Shown: positions 18,347-28,551 of the stretch, one piece after another | Layout of the letters: each line of letters opens with the position of its first letter | Position numbering within the stretch: position 1 is the first letter of the stretch | Origin: a virus | Virus record (IMG/VR): IMGVR_UViG_3300042695_002264 | Span: 106,519-170,518 of that record | Direction: 5' to 3' (one strand) | DNA: 64,000 bases | Notes under the pieces: model-generated | Told to the model about the DNA's origin: nothing | Databases searched by the model: none | Seen by the model: the letters and a program-made list of their open reading frames with translations, nothing else | Made by a program: the position numbers and the translations under genes

Positions 18347-19878
18347 TAGTTTTCCTCCCAAGTAATTTGAAATGATATTCTCCCATCAGAAGTTTCATTT
18401 GTGAATGTTTTAGTTTTTATAATTGTCATCGCGTATCTGTTAGCAATTGATTCTATATATGCTTTGGCTTTAGCAGAATTTCCAACCTCTACTTCCATTT
18501 GACCGTCAAACGATACAGTGGTTTTAGATCTATGCGTGCCATAAGCTGCCCAATCACTACAAAGTGGTTGTACAAATTCATATTGCTGCAATCCATATGT
18601 TTTAGTGACTGTATAGGAAATATTTTTTATGTAACAAGGCAAAGATGCATTTATTGGATTTATATCCCAAGATATTGAATAAGATAATGACCCATCTATC
18701 TGATTTTCAGATAGCGATTCTGAGCTTTGCTTGAAATGAGTAACATTAAAATCATTATTTAACCCAGTAATATTCTTACGAAATTCTTGCATTGGATTAA
18801 AAGAATTTTGGAAAAAGTTATTTACTTGCGCAAGTCTTTCTGTTGGATTTCCAACCCTACATCTTATATTAGAATTTAAAGATGCAGAATTTTCCGAATC
18901 ACCTCCATAACCAATATTATAAGTAGCTGTCGAATCTATATATATAATTGGACTATTATCATTATTGAATGTAACTGAAAATGAAATTTGCTTATTTGAT
19001 AAATCTTCATCTACGCCAGAGTTTACATAAATACTATTTAGATCTCCAGAATTTGTACATCCGCTATAAATATCAAAAGTTAAATTCCACAAGTTCAGAC
19101 TTTTATACCTATTTCTTATCAAATCCATTGATCCACTTATGCCAGCATTTAATGTTCCATTGATTGTTGCTGTGGAAAAATTAAATTTATCATACCCAAT
19201 ATCAACAGAATATCTTAATAATCCATTTCCCGTTTGTGACTGATCAATCGTATAATTTTCAATCCATTGACAGTTGCCATTCATTCTATCCATTGTTTCG
19301 GATATAGAATTTAATATTGGAAAAGATTGTTGATTTATTTTTATAAAAGCTGTGCTTGGAATATTTTTTAGTCCAGTTCTGGAGTAAACAAAATTTGTAG
19401 CATTTTTAATTGCTGGCAAGTTTGAATTAATACCAACAGCAGAAACCCTATGTGTAAGAGATAGCGTTCCGTCATTATTTTCAACAAATTCAAAAGAATC
19501 TTCCGGCTCTTTAACAAAAAATTGCCCACTAAAAATATCAGAATCAAATGCTTCAATTTCTACTGTATAAGGCAAAATAAAAGCATAGTTTGACTCATCA
19601 AAGTTTACACCCCTAATTAAAGCATAATCTGATTTAAAAATATCAGAACCATTTTCCTTAATCTGAAATCTTTTAAAATTTTGTGAAAAATTATTTATTA
19701 ATGCATTTTGCTTTCCAACCATTCCAGAATAATCAGTCCCGCACCCAACTATTTCACCTACAAGAGAAAATGATTTGTTTGAGCCCCACCACCCATCAAA
19801 TTCTTGAGAATATGAAACAAATGGCGTATATGAAACCCCACTAAAAGCATTTTTATTATTATACCAAATTTCGTTCAT
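18346..19878 (-). CDS. Distal tail-like protein, paralog of 19880-21436
   Basis: Follows the tape measure; repeated beta units ending in S(F/Y)S(V/I)(T/S)(F/W). Confidence 0.5.
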   Translation of the reverse strand: MNEIWYNNKNAFSGVSYTPFVSYSQEFDGWWGSNKSFSLVGEIVGCGTDYSGMVGKQNALINNFSQNFKRFQIKENGSDIFKSDYALIRGVNFDESNYAFILPYTVEIEAFDSDIFSGQFFVKEPEDSFEFVENNDGTLSLTHRVSAVGINSNLPAIKNATNFVYSRTGLKNIPSTAFIKINQQSFPILNSISETMDRMNGNCQWIENYTIDQSQTGNGLLRYSVDIGYDKFNFSTATINGTLNAGISGSMDLIRNRYKSLNLWNLTFDIYSGCTNSGDLNSIYVNSGVDEDLSNKQISFSVTFNNDNSPIIYIDSTATYNIGYGGDSENSASLNSNIRCRVGNPTERLAQVNNFFQNSFNPMQEFRKNITGLNNDFNVTHFKQSSESLSENQIDGSLSYSISWDINPINASLPCYIKNISYTVTKTYGLQQYEFVQPLCSDWAAYGTHRSKTTVSFDGQMEVEVGNSAKAKAYIESIANRYAMTIIKTKTFTNETSDGRISFQITWEEN

Positions 19879-19879
19879 A

Positions 19880-21436
19880 TTATGCTATAGTCGTTACATT
19901 ATAAGTTGCACTTCTGTCCATCGGACTTATAGATAAAGACTCATCTTGTTTTATTGCTGATGTTGAAATCCTCATATCCTCTGGAAACGAAACCAAATTT
20001 ACATTTTTTCCATATTTTCTATTTTTATTTATAGTTACTTCATAAAATGTTTTTTGATCATGCTGCTGCCTAACAATGCTATTATTTATATAATAATCAG
20101 TATAAATATTTACAGGATATTTTTCAGAAATTGACTCCTTCTCCTCTTCTATTCCGTTTGGATTATTATTTATAGTCTTGTTTGTATAAGATACGCTATA
20201 CTGAACTGTTCCATTGTACTTGCTAGAAGTAAATGTTTCATTGCTTTTATTTAATATGCCGCTAGAACTACAGCGGTTTGTATTTATTGATAAAAATCTA
20301 GAATATAAACTATTTATTTTTGACAATAATAATGATTCTTTTTGATTGTAGCCATAAATAGCATTATTATATTTTCTATCTGTATTTGGCACGCCATCAC
20401 CTTGAATAGACAGATTAGCTGTGCAGTTAATTAGGTAAGTATCGCCAAGATCGACAGATGTTTCAATAGACCAATCATACCTATTCTCTATAAATGGATT
20501 ATCCGTATAGACTGTTTCTAATTCAATTGTACCATTAAATCTATCTACGTTATATCCTTGGGTTATTGGAAAATTATTAAGAGATCCAGTCACATAATTA
20601 ACATAAAAATTCTGTGATCTTTGATAACAGTTAGGCTTTAATTCTGCTAGTTTATTTTTAACGGTTGTAAATTTAGGATCTTGATTGGCCTGTATCTGAA
20701 CAGATTCAGTAACTTCAGTAATTCCATTTTCATCTCTACGAAGTGAATATGAAAAATCAGCGTTTGATGAATCTCCGCTTATGTTTTTATCTAACCTTTC
20801 TGTAAAAGAAAAAATTTTATTTATTACATCAAAGCTTTCTTCGTAATATTTTTTTCCAGATAAAAAATTAGCATTCCCACTTATAAGATTAAATGGCACT
20901 TCTTTTCCAATAATTCCAGACGCAATATTTTTTGCTAATAAATCCGCGCTACCATACGCAAGCGCATTTTCAAAACTAAAACTCACACTATGTTCATAGC
21001 TATAATTATTGCTTGAATCAAGATCTAAAGAAAAATTTTCCGAAAAATCATTCATTAAATGAAGGGATAATCCTGTAAAATTTTGGAGACCAGTAAAATA
21101 ATTACCAGTCATATTATATAAATTACCCGTAGATAAAATTAAAATATCAGCCGTATATTCACCACGCCTTACCCAGTTTCCTTCATCTACATTAATATTT
21201 CTTATATATCCAGATCCAAAATTTATCCCATTTAAAACAATATCATCGCTAACTTTTGCCAAATTTATAAGGGCATATATTCCACTTGATACCCCACTTA
21301 CACCACTTGTGTTGTAAAAATCTGCAATTGTTCCACGTACAGTAAGATTTTTTTCAATACTATAAACAAAATTATCTCCTAAAAATTTAGGAGAATGTGA
21401 GTATGATAGTAATGCTGCATTATTAAAAGTTATCAT
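19880..21436 (-). CDS. Distal tail-like protein immediately after tape measure
   Basis: Synteny; same repeated architecture as 18346-19878. Confidence 0.5.
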   Translation of the reverse strand: MITFNNAALLSYSHSPKFLGDNFVYSIEKNLTVRGTIADFYNTSGVSGVSSGIYALINLAKVSDDIVLNGINFGSGYIRNINVDEGNWVRRGEYTADILILSTGNLYNMTGNYFTGLQNFTGLSLHLMNDFSENFSLDLDSSNNYSYEHSVSFSFENALAYGSADLLAKNIASGIIGKEVPFNLISGNANFLSGKKYYEESFDVINKIFSFTERLDKNISGDSSNADFSYSLRRDENGITEVTESVQIQANQDPKFTTVKNKLAELKPNCYQRSQNFYVNYVTGSLNNFPITQGYNVDRFNGTIELETVYTDNPFIENRYDWSIETSVDLGDTYLINCTANLSIQGDGVPNTDRKYNNAIYGYNQKESLLLSKINSLYSRFLSINTNRCSSSGILNKSNETFTSSKYNGTVQYSVSYTNKTINNNPNGIEEEKESISEKYPVNIYTDYYINNSIVRQQHDQKTFYEVTINKNRKYGKNVNLVSFPEDMRISTSAIKQDESLSISPMDRSATYNVTTIA

Positions 21437-24400
21437 TACTTAAGATTATTTTGCGCTTTTAATTGTTGCATTTTCGCACTGAATTCATCTAATATTCTTT
21501 GTTTTTCTGCTGTTAACTTAAGATCTAAATCCTCTCGTGTTAAACCGCCCAAAGTAAAAGATACTGGGCCAGGATTTATATTTATAGACGGGACAACTGA
21601 AGGGGAATCAGTCAAGCTTATTGGTTTTTCAAAATTAGATGGCTGCGGCTTATCTTTGCCAGACTTTTCTGCAGTAGTTGTGAAATATTCCAACATAGCT
21701 TGTACTGAACTTTCTATTAATTTGAAATTTGCAGCAGCTTGTTCTGCTGAAGTTGTAAGATCAAAAGCCATAGCGTTAACAATTGTTTCATATGCCTTAA
21801 AAGCTTCGCTTCGATCAGCAAATCCGCCAAGTTGCTGAAGTGCCTTTATAGCAGCCTCAACCTCTTTCGACGAACCTTCAAACTTGCCACCTTCCGGTAA
21901 AAATCTATTTTTTAAATAATCAATACCTAATTTGCTTGTGCCAGTAGCCTCCCCAACAGCCTGTTGGTTTAACATTCTTGCCCTGTTTTGATAATCTACT
22001 GGAAGCCCAAGATCAAAAGCCCTTTGCGCTGCGTTATTACCAGCCTGCCTCCTCACATTCATTACATCTGATCCAAATCTTGTAAATATCTCTTCTGGAG
22101 TGGCGCCCAAAGACAAAGCCTCTTTTATTCTTTCTTGTGATCTTCTGGCAACAAACTCATTTTGTCCAATTTCACCACCAAAAAAATCACTCTCTAATTG
22201 GCTAATCGCAGATTTGTTTTTATTATAGCTTAATAAGCTATCTATATCTTGAGACAGTTGCTGCGCTATTTTTTTAGAAGCATCCTTTATTGCTCCAGCC
22301 GCAAGGCTTCTAGTTTTTTCTGCTTGGCCTTTGATATTTATACCAACTTCATCGAAAACTTCTCCATATAATTCTGATAAAACCTTTTTAAAACCAGAAG
22401 ATTCTTCTATAGCTCTTGGGTCAATGTTTAATGTATCACTTATTAATTTTCCAAAATCTTTTTGTATTTGTTCTTTTCCGCCCAATTCTTTTAATCTAGT
22501 TTCTAAATCTGAATCTGTTAAGCCTTGAGTTATACCTGCATTTATTTGTTTTTTAAAAGCATCTCTAATATCTTTTGTCATTTCTCCAGAATATGTTTCT
22601 ATTGGTGGCTGCTTGCCTACCAGCATGCCTGGGGCATTTGGGCCAGAGCCAGATCTTCCAACAAACTCAAAAGCCCTTGCTATTATAGATCTTCTTTGTG
22701 TATTCAATAACTGCTCAACTGATACATCCGCTTGATTCCTGGCTGTTTGTTCTGCTTGTTTTTGTGTAATTTGACCAGAAACTTCCGTTAATCCTTGCAT
22801 TCCGCGCTCTTTAATTGCATTTGTAAATTTTTTAGCAGTTTCAGGATCAAAACTATTTAAATAATTTATATAATTTTGCTCTGCTTTTCTAAGCTCTGAC
22901 TGTGGAGCATTTTCTTCTAATAATCTAGTATATGTTTCGTAAGATGTTGCTAGCCCTTGAGTTTTTTCGTTAACCTTGGCCAATTCTTCGGTAGATTTTT
23001 CTGCTTTAGCCTGCAATTCTGGAAGATTTGTGTTTAATTGTTTTAATATATCTGTTAATCCTATTAGCCCGCCAGTAACCGCACCAAGTGCCGCGCCGAC
23101 TGCCGCTCCCTTTGGTCCAAATGCCATGCCAACCATTCCGCCAGTTCCAGCAAAAGATGCAATTTGGCCAGCGCCACTTACTGCAGATGCCCCAACCCTT
23201 CCGCCTTGTGTATTTTGCGGTATTGCGTTTGCAATTGTTTCTGCAATGATTGGCGCAGCAAATGCCGTTCCAATACCTGGTCTAAAGCCTTTTGCTGATG
23301 ATATTCCCCGTTGAAGAATGCCTGCACCTGACCTTCTAGCTGCACGTTGAGCTTGCGCCCTTTGCTCAATATCAAGCATGGCAGCATTATATCCAGACGA
23401 TCCTCTTTGTAGTGGGCCAGGCCCCATAGTTGACATTTTTTGAAGATTTGCTTTTTGTTGGGATATAGATTTCCTTTCAAGCTCAGCCCTTTGCTTATAC
23501 GTTTCCTTTAATTCATTTACATCTTTTTTTCCTAATTGAGAAATACTAGCAAACAATGCGATTTGCGCGGCAACTGCCCCAATAGATTTAGCAAAATCTG
23601 AAATACCGCCTTGGGCTTCACCTTCACTACCAACTGCAAAATTTGGAGTAAATCCGGTAGCATACATCCCCATACCTTTGCGCTCGCGCCCAATTGCATC
23701 TTTTAATCCATTAGGTTCGTCACGCGTGTTTGTTACTGCAACTGGATTTCCACTCTTATCAAAGTGCGCGCGAATTTGTGAAACTGGAACTCCACGATTT
23801 GTAGATGAAAAATTTGGTATAAAACCAGAAGCTTTTGATCTTGATAATTGTCCAGGTTTAATTTTTAATTTATTACTGATAAAAGCTTTTCTAGCAACAT
23901 CATTTATTAAATTTTGTTGATTCCCAATTTTTGCTTCGTAGTCTCCAGGAATATTATTAAATAATTTTCTTAATTTGTCATTTGGGTTAACAAAGTCAAT
24001 AATAGCACTTGATCCACCAGACCTTCCGGCCTGTGTAACAGCAGAATCTGTAGCCTGCGTCACGGCACTTTCAAATATATTACCAGCAATACTTCTAAAA
24101 GATCCATAATTTGCAAGCTGTTGTACTGATTTTATTCTAGCATTTGGAGAATAATTGCCGAAAATGCTTATAAATCGATTTGTAAAATCAATAACTTGAT
24201 CTCCTAATAATTTTTCTAACTGAGCATCTTCTGGTTTAACTTTGGCATTGTAACCACTTGATTTAAATCCTACTTTATAAGTTTTTCCATTTGGTGTTTT
24301 TTTATCTGTAATAAGGCCCTTTTGATCTGTATTGAAAAATCCTGTCTCATCTTTTATCCCAGCTTTTTCGCCATATATTAAACTTAAAGTACTAGTTTTG

Positions 24401-26478
24401 CCAAGATCAATAGTACTAGATGAACTTTTTCCCAGAGATGGTTTTTTTGCTGTGCCTAGTCTAGAATTAACAGCTTCAGCCGTAAATCTTTGACTTAATT
24501 GTGATCTAGAATATTGATTGCTTTGTATTGCCTCTTCTAATGAAATATTTGGTGGCAATTTTGTTTTTGCAAAATTTGGAATAAAACCAGAAGATGAAAT
24601 TTTACGAGCACCACTTGGCAACCCATACTTTGCTTTCATATCTTTGTTAAAGATAGCAGTTCCATCCCCACCAGCAAAATTTGGCACAACCCACTCTCCG
24701 GTATGTGCAGTTATTTTACCTTTCTTGCCTCCACCAAATGCAAAATTCGGAATAGTAACGGGCCTATCAGTTGCCGGATTTGCGCCACCAACTCTTGCAT
24801 TAATATTCGCTTGCTCAATTGATTCTGGTAAATATCCAGCAGCAGCAGTTTTTGTCTTTGTAGCTACAAACTGCCTTCCTCCTATTGTTTGTACCCCAAC
24901 AGATCCAGCAAGTGATTTAGATATCGATGCAGCAACAGAATTTTGCCTTTGCAAAGCTGCTGTCTGTTGTTGTATAACTGCCAAATATTCTTTGGCCGCA
25001 GTTGAAACAGAAACCTGCCCCTTTAAAATAGAATTATACAAACCGCTATTGTTTTGTAAAAATTTTGCTATATTTTGCTGAACCACCACCTGCTCTTTTC
25101 CTGCCTGATTTGTTCCCAAAATACTTTTAAAAGCCTCTGCTCCATACTTTGTAAACTCAGCTAATAACTTAACGATTATTGCCGTTGCTAAAGCGAGCCC
25201 AGGCCCAGCAATAAATTTACCAAGACCATCAATTACCCCTCTACCAATCTGACCACCAACGCTTTGCGAATCTGCATTTCCCACAGACTCTGTTAATAAA
25301 TTTGTTAAGTTTAAAACATTTCTAGCAGCATCTCCAAATAACCCCTCTCCAAGAGTTCCAGCAACTTTTTGAACATTTGCCAATGTTTTTGTTCCCAACG
25401 CAGATAACGTTTGATTTAACTGTTCATTTCTTTGAATGGCCTGATCGGTACTCGATAATGATGTTTTAAGCGCACGGTCGTAAATTGAATACTCCTTACC
25501 TAAATCACCTAAAGCAGCTTTTAAGATGTTAATCTGGAAAACGCCGCCAACCTGCTCTGCTACATAATTTTTTTGAGTAGCTCCAAGCGTATCATAAACT
25601 AATGCAAGCTCTTTTAAAAGTTGAATTTGTGTTTTTACCTGACCGCTTTCATCAGTTGCGCTAATTCCAAGACCGCCCAAAACCTCTTGAACTTTTTCTC
25701 GACCAAGTCTTGTAAAAATTGTTTTCAGTGAGTTTCCTATAACCGCACCTCCACGAGCAGTAATTTGCTGCGCAGTTGTCACTAAAGCTATCAATTCGTC
25801 AAAAGAAATTCCAGCATCGTCAGCAGAAGATCCAACACGACTCAATGCATTAGCCAAATCTGCAGAGCTAACAGCAAATGCGGCATCAACATTAGCCAGC
25901 TTATTTACAATTTCTGTCGCTTCCAATGTCGCACTCTGAAAAGAGTTCATTGTAGCAGTAAGAGCCGCAACACTTGCTGCAGCATCCAGACCACTTAAAC
26001 GAGTCAAGATTAGCGCTGCCTCAGTACGTTTTAATGTTTCTTCTACCCCAAGGCCCTGACGAGACAACTCTGTTGCTGCTTCTGCAACAACATCAAATGC
26101 TTGCGCTGTATTTCCAGCAATATCAAATAATGAGCTTCCAAAAGCCGCAAGATTTTTTTCTGACAAATTTAATATAACATTTATGTCTTGTAATTTTTTC
26201 TCTGTATTTACAAAACTCTGAAATAAAGACACTACTGCATTTTGTAATGCAAAAATACTTCCAGCAGCTGCGCCGAATGCAATAACACGAGCATTAGCAG
26301 CAGCCAAAGACTTATCAATTTCAGTTATTTGGCCGCTTAATTTTCCTAATGGTTGAGCGGCCCCCCTACCACCAGCCTGCACATCAATAACTAGTGGCTG
26401 CTTAGCAACTTGGTTTATCTGTTGCCTAAGCTTCGCTGTATTACCGCTAACATCTACGCTAATATTTGGGTTTGCCAT
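21436..26478 (-). CDS. Tail tape measure protein (TP901-type core) with internal cargo-like domains
   Basis: 1680 aa, Ala/Gly-rich; ELSRQGL...VDAAFAVSSADLANALSRVGSSA..GISFDEL..GNSLKTIFTRL core; hydrophobic glycine-zipper segments. Confidence 0.92.
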   Translation of the reverse strand: MANPNISVDVSGNTAKLRQQINQVAKQPLVIDVQAGGRGAAQPLGKLSGQITEIDKSLAAANARVIAFGAAAGSIFALQNAVVSLFQSFVNTEKKLQDINVILNLSEKNLAAFGSSLFDIAGNTAQAFDVVAEAATELSRQGLGVEETLKRTEAALILTRLSGLDAAASVAALTATMNSFQSATLEATEIVNKLANVDAAFAVSSADLANALSRVGSSADDAGISFDELIALVTTAQQITARGGAVIGNSLKTIFTRLGREKVQEVLGGLGISATDESGQVKTQIQLLKELALVYDTLGATQKNYVAEQVGGVFQINILKAALGDLGKEYSIYDRALKTSLSSTDQAIQRNEQLNQTLSALGTKTLANVQKVAGTLGEGLFGDAARNVLNLTNLLTESVGNADSQSVGGQIGRGVIDGLGKFIAGPGLALATAIIVKLLAEFTKYGAEAFKSILGTNQAGKEQVVVQQNIAKFLQNNSGLYNSILKGQVSVSTAAKEYLAVIQQQTAALQRQNSVAASISKSLAGSVGVQTIGGRQFVATKTKTAAAGYLPESIEQANINARVGGANPATDRPVTIPNFAFGGGKKGKITAHTGEWVVPNFAGGDGTAIFNKDMKAKYGLPSGARKISSSGFIPNFAKTKLPPNISLEEAIQSNQYSRSQLSQRFTAEAVNSRLGTAKKPSLGKSSSSTIDLGKTSTLSLIYGEKAGIKDETGFFNTDQKGLITDKKTPNGKTYKVGFKSSGYNAKVKPEDAQLEKLLGDQVIDFTNRFISIFGNYSPNARIKSVQQLANYGSFRSIAGNIFESAVTQATDSAVTQAGRSGGSSAIIDFVNPNDKLRKLFNNIPGDYEAKIGNQQNLINDVARKAFISNKLKIKPGQLSRSKASGFIPNFSSTNRGVPVSQIRAHFDKSGNPVAVTNTRDEPNGLKDAIGRERKGMGMYATGFTPNFAVGSEGEAQGGISDFAKSIGAVAAQIALFASISQLGKKDVNELKETYKQRAELERKSISQQKANLQKMSTMGPGPLQRGSSGYNAAMLDIEQRAQAQRAARRSGAGILQRGISSAKGFRPGIGTAFAAPIIAETIANAIPQNTQGGRVGASAVSGAGQIASFAGTGGMVGMAFGPKGAAVGAALGAVTGGLIGLTDILKQLNTNLPELQAKAEKSTEELAKVNEKTQGLATSYETYTRLLEENAPQSELRKAEQNYINYLNSFDPETAKKFTNAIKERGMQGLTEVSGQITQKQAEQTARNQADVSVEQLLNTQRRSIIARAFEFVGRSGSGPNAPGMLVGKQPPIETYSGEMTKDIRDAFKKQINAGITQGLTDSDLETRLKELGGKEQIQKDFGKLISDTLNIDPRAIEESSGFKKVLSELYGEVFDEVGINIKGQAEKTRSLAAGAIKDASKKIAQQLSQDIDSLLSYNKNKSAISQLESDFFGGEIGQNEFVARRSQERIKEALSLGATPEEIFTRFGSDVMNVRRQAGNNAAQRAFDLGLPVDYQNRARMLNQQAVGEATGTSKLGIDYLKNRFLPEGGKFEGSSKEVEAAIKALQQLGGFADRSEAFKAYETIVNAMAFDLTTSAEQAAANFKLIESSVQAMLEYFTTTAEKSGKDKPQPSNFEKPISLTDSPSVVPSININPGPVSFTLGGLTREDLDLKLTAEKQRILDEFSAKMQQLKAQNNLK

Positions 26479-26511
26479 GCCTTGTAATCCTTTTTCCTTC
26501 TATAAATTACA
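26479..26511 (-). promoter_or_regulatory. TGTAAT late-promoter motif plus conserved AAGGAAAAAGG leader
   Basis: TGTAAT-ttatag-AAGGAAAAAGG-ATTACAAGGC-ATG; near-copy at 28552-28584. Confidence 0.65.
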
Positions 26512-26553
26512 TTTTTTTAATACAAAATCGCATAAGCAAAAATGTAATAATTT

Positions 26554-27567
26554 TTATTTTTTTATTAAATCATAGATCCCCAAATCACCCCTCTGATTTG
26601 TTTCTTGTATAATTTTATCCCCAGATACCTCGCCACCACCAATGGCCTTAACTTCATCCCTATTTCCAAATAAAAATGAAGAGCTATTATCTGAGCCAGA
26701 TTTATTTTTTAATTTATTACGGGCATCTGACATTGTTTCTTTTTGCTTTTTAGACGCCTCAAACCAGTCAATTATTTTGTCTGGATCCTCATAAATGCTA
26801 TCTGGAATATTGCCATCTGAATTTTTGATAATATTTTGATAATACTTTCCAAAAATAAGCAAATCAGACTGATGTTTTGTCAAATCTATAGCACATTTTC
26901 CAAACACATCTTTTGGGTTTGATCCTGAAATATAAATAATATTTTGAAAAAGTGACGAGATAGCCAGCTGTTTAATTTTCTTTTCTGCGAAATCTGTTAA
27001 AAATTTATAGTAATAAATAGTTAATTCATCAACAAGCAAATCGTCAGATAATTCAAAATCATCTATCTGTTCAAAAAACCTTTTATTAAAATATTGATCT
27101 TTAAATACAAAATTTTGCAAAAAATAATCTACGGTTTTCTTGCTAGACCAATCTTCAGCAGTCATTACAATATAAGCACTTCTTTCATCTTTTAACTTCT
27201 TAAGACGATTTTCTTGCTCTTTAATCTGTTCTGATATTCTAGACTTATCAGATTCGTAAATTAGCTTTGATTGAGTTTTTTTTAACCTATCTATGGAAAT
27301 TTTAGTAGATTCAAGCGCACCCTCTTTTTCTTTTGTCCACCACCCATTATCATAAGCAGTTTGAATTTGCTCTTTTTCTGGAAAAATTCCATGATGTCTC
27401 GCCAGCTTTAAATTACCAGCATAATCATTTCTTATTCCAAGAAGTTCAAAATGATTTAAGTGCTTAAAATACGCTGGCTGTTTTTCACTAGAAATCAGCA
27501 CATATTTGCTATAGCCATTAGATATATCTTCTAATACGGCCAATAATATATCAATTTGGCCATCCAT
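26554..27567 (-). CDS. Putative tail assembly chaperone
   Basis: Lies between tail tube and tape measure; coiled-coil; paralog of the next gene. Confidence 0.5.
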   Translation of the reverse strand: MDGQIDILLAVLEDISNGYSKYVLISSEKQPAYFKHLNHFELLGIRNDYAGNLKLARHHGIFPEKEQIQTAYDNGWWTKEKEGALESTKISIDRLKKTQSKLIYESDKSRISEQIKEQENRLKKLKDERSAYIVMTAEDWSSKKTVDYFLQNFVFKDQYFNKRFFEQIDDFELSDDLLVDELTIYYYKFLTDFAEKKIKQLAISSLFQNIIYISGSNPKDVFGKCAIDLTKHQSDLLIFGKYYQNIIKNSDGNIPDSIYEDPDKIIDWFEASKKQKETMSDARNKLKNKSGSDNSSSFLFGNRDEVKAIGGGEVSGDKIIQETNQRGDLGIYDLIKK

Positions 27568-27580
27568 GGATTATTATATT

Positions 27581-28312
27581 TTAACTAGATTCTTTTTGTG
27601 ATGCAGAGTCAACCAAAACAAAATCTTGCCATTGATTAATTTTATTTAAAAACCATAAAGTTATTAAATAGTTAAATCTTTGACCAATTTTTACCAAATA
27701 GACATCATTTTCATCATCTAAATTTAAACCATCATACCAGTCTAATTTTTGATCAAAACTTGTGCCTTCAAAAAATTTTTCGTTTTCATTTTTATATGCC
27801 AGCTCTGTCAACCACCATTGAATCGACATATTTCTAGCTTTTGCCTCTGCTGTGTTTTCAAAAATATAAATCTGTTCAAGTTCAAATGTTTGTATATCTT
27901 TTTTAACTTGATCAATTTCCTCTTGCAGCCGTGCTTGTTTTACCGTCTGCTCTTCGTTTAATTCTGAAATTTGTTCAAGTTTATTTAATTCTATACTGTA
28001 TTCAAAAAATTTTTTCCTGGCATCGGTATATTGCTGAGCCTCTGATTCTGAAATTGTTCCACCCAAATTTTCTAAAATAGTATTCCATGCAGCTTTTGGT
28101 AAAAGCCCAGACTTCACAAAGCTTGCAAGTTGCTTTGCATATTCTATTTCGCCCATTTGCCTTAAAGAGCGCGAAGGTTTTAGGATATAAAATGTATTTT
28201 CTTCACCTTTTGGATTTTTAGCCTCAAAAGCATAAAGCCATTTTTTAGTATCAAAATCTGCTTTTATTTCGTTCTGATTTTGGTCGTTTTGGTTATCAAT
28301 ATTTTCACTCAT
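27581..28312 (-). CDS. Putative tail assembly chaperone
   Basis: Synteny; coiled-coil followed by TAE..FFE motif. Confidence 0.5.
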   Translation of the reverse strand: MSENIDNQNDQNQNEIKADFDTKKWLYAFEAKNPKGEENTFYILKPSRSLRQMGEIEYAKQLASFVKSGLLPKAAWNTILENLGGTISESEAQQYTDARKKFFEYSIELNKLEQISELNEEQTVKQARLQEEIDQVKKDIQTFELEQIYIFENTAEAKARNMSIQWWLTELAYKNENEKFFEGTSFDQKLDWYDGLNLDDENDVYLVKIGQRFNYLITLWFLNKINQWQDFVLVDSASQKESS

Positions 28313-28314
28313 AT

Positions 28315-28551
28315 TTACTTATTATTATCCTTATTAATTAAAACAAAATCAAAATTTTCTATCTCTTGTAGAATTTCTCTTATGCAGTTATTTCCATTAT
28401 CAAGAATTCTTTTTCTTATTTTTTGAAATTCTTCCTCAGACATTCGACCGTCAGCAACAATGTCTTCTAGACAGTATATAAAGAATAAAAAGAGACGAGT
28501 AACAGATTTTTTAATAAAACCTTTAATAAATTCTTTAATATCAAATTTCAC
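28315..28551 (-). CDS. Small hypothetical protein (candidate translational regulator)
   Basis: GTG start; basic helix KIRKRILD; preceded by the conserved leader. Confidence 0.55.
   Translation of the reverse strand: MKFDIKEFIKGFIKKSVTRLFLFFIYCLEDIVADGRMSEEEFQKIRKRILDNGNNCIREILQEIENFDFVLINKDNNK

Noticed and set aside
21656-26177. Several plus-strand ORFs (up to 187 aa) opposite the tape measure gene
   Set aside because: Antisense shadows of Ala/Gly-rich codons; no promoters or recognisable motifs
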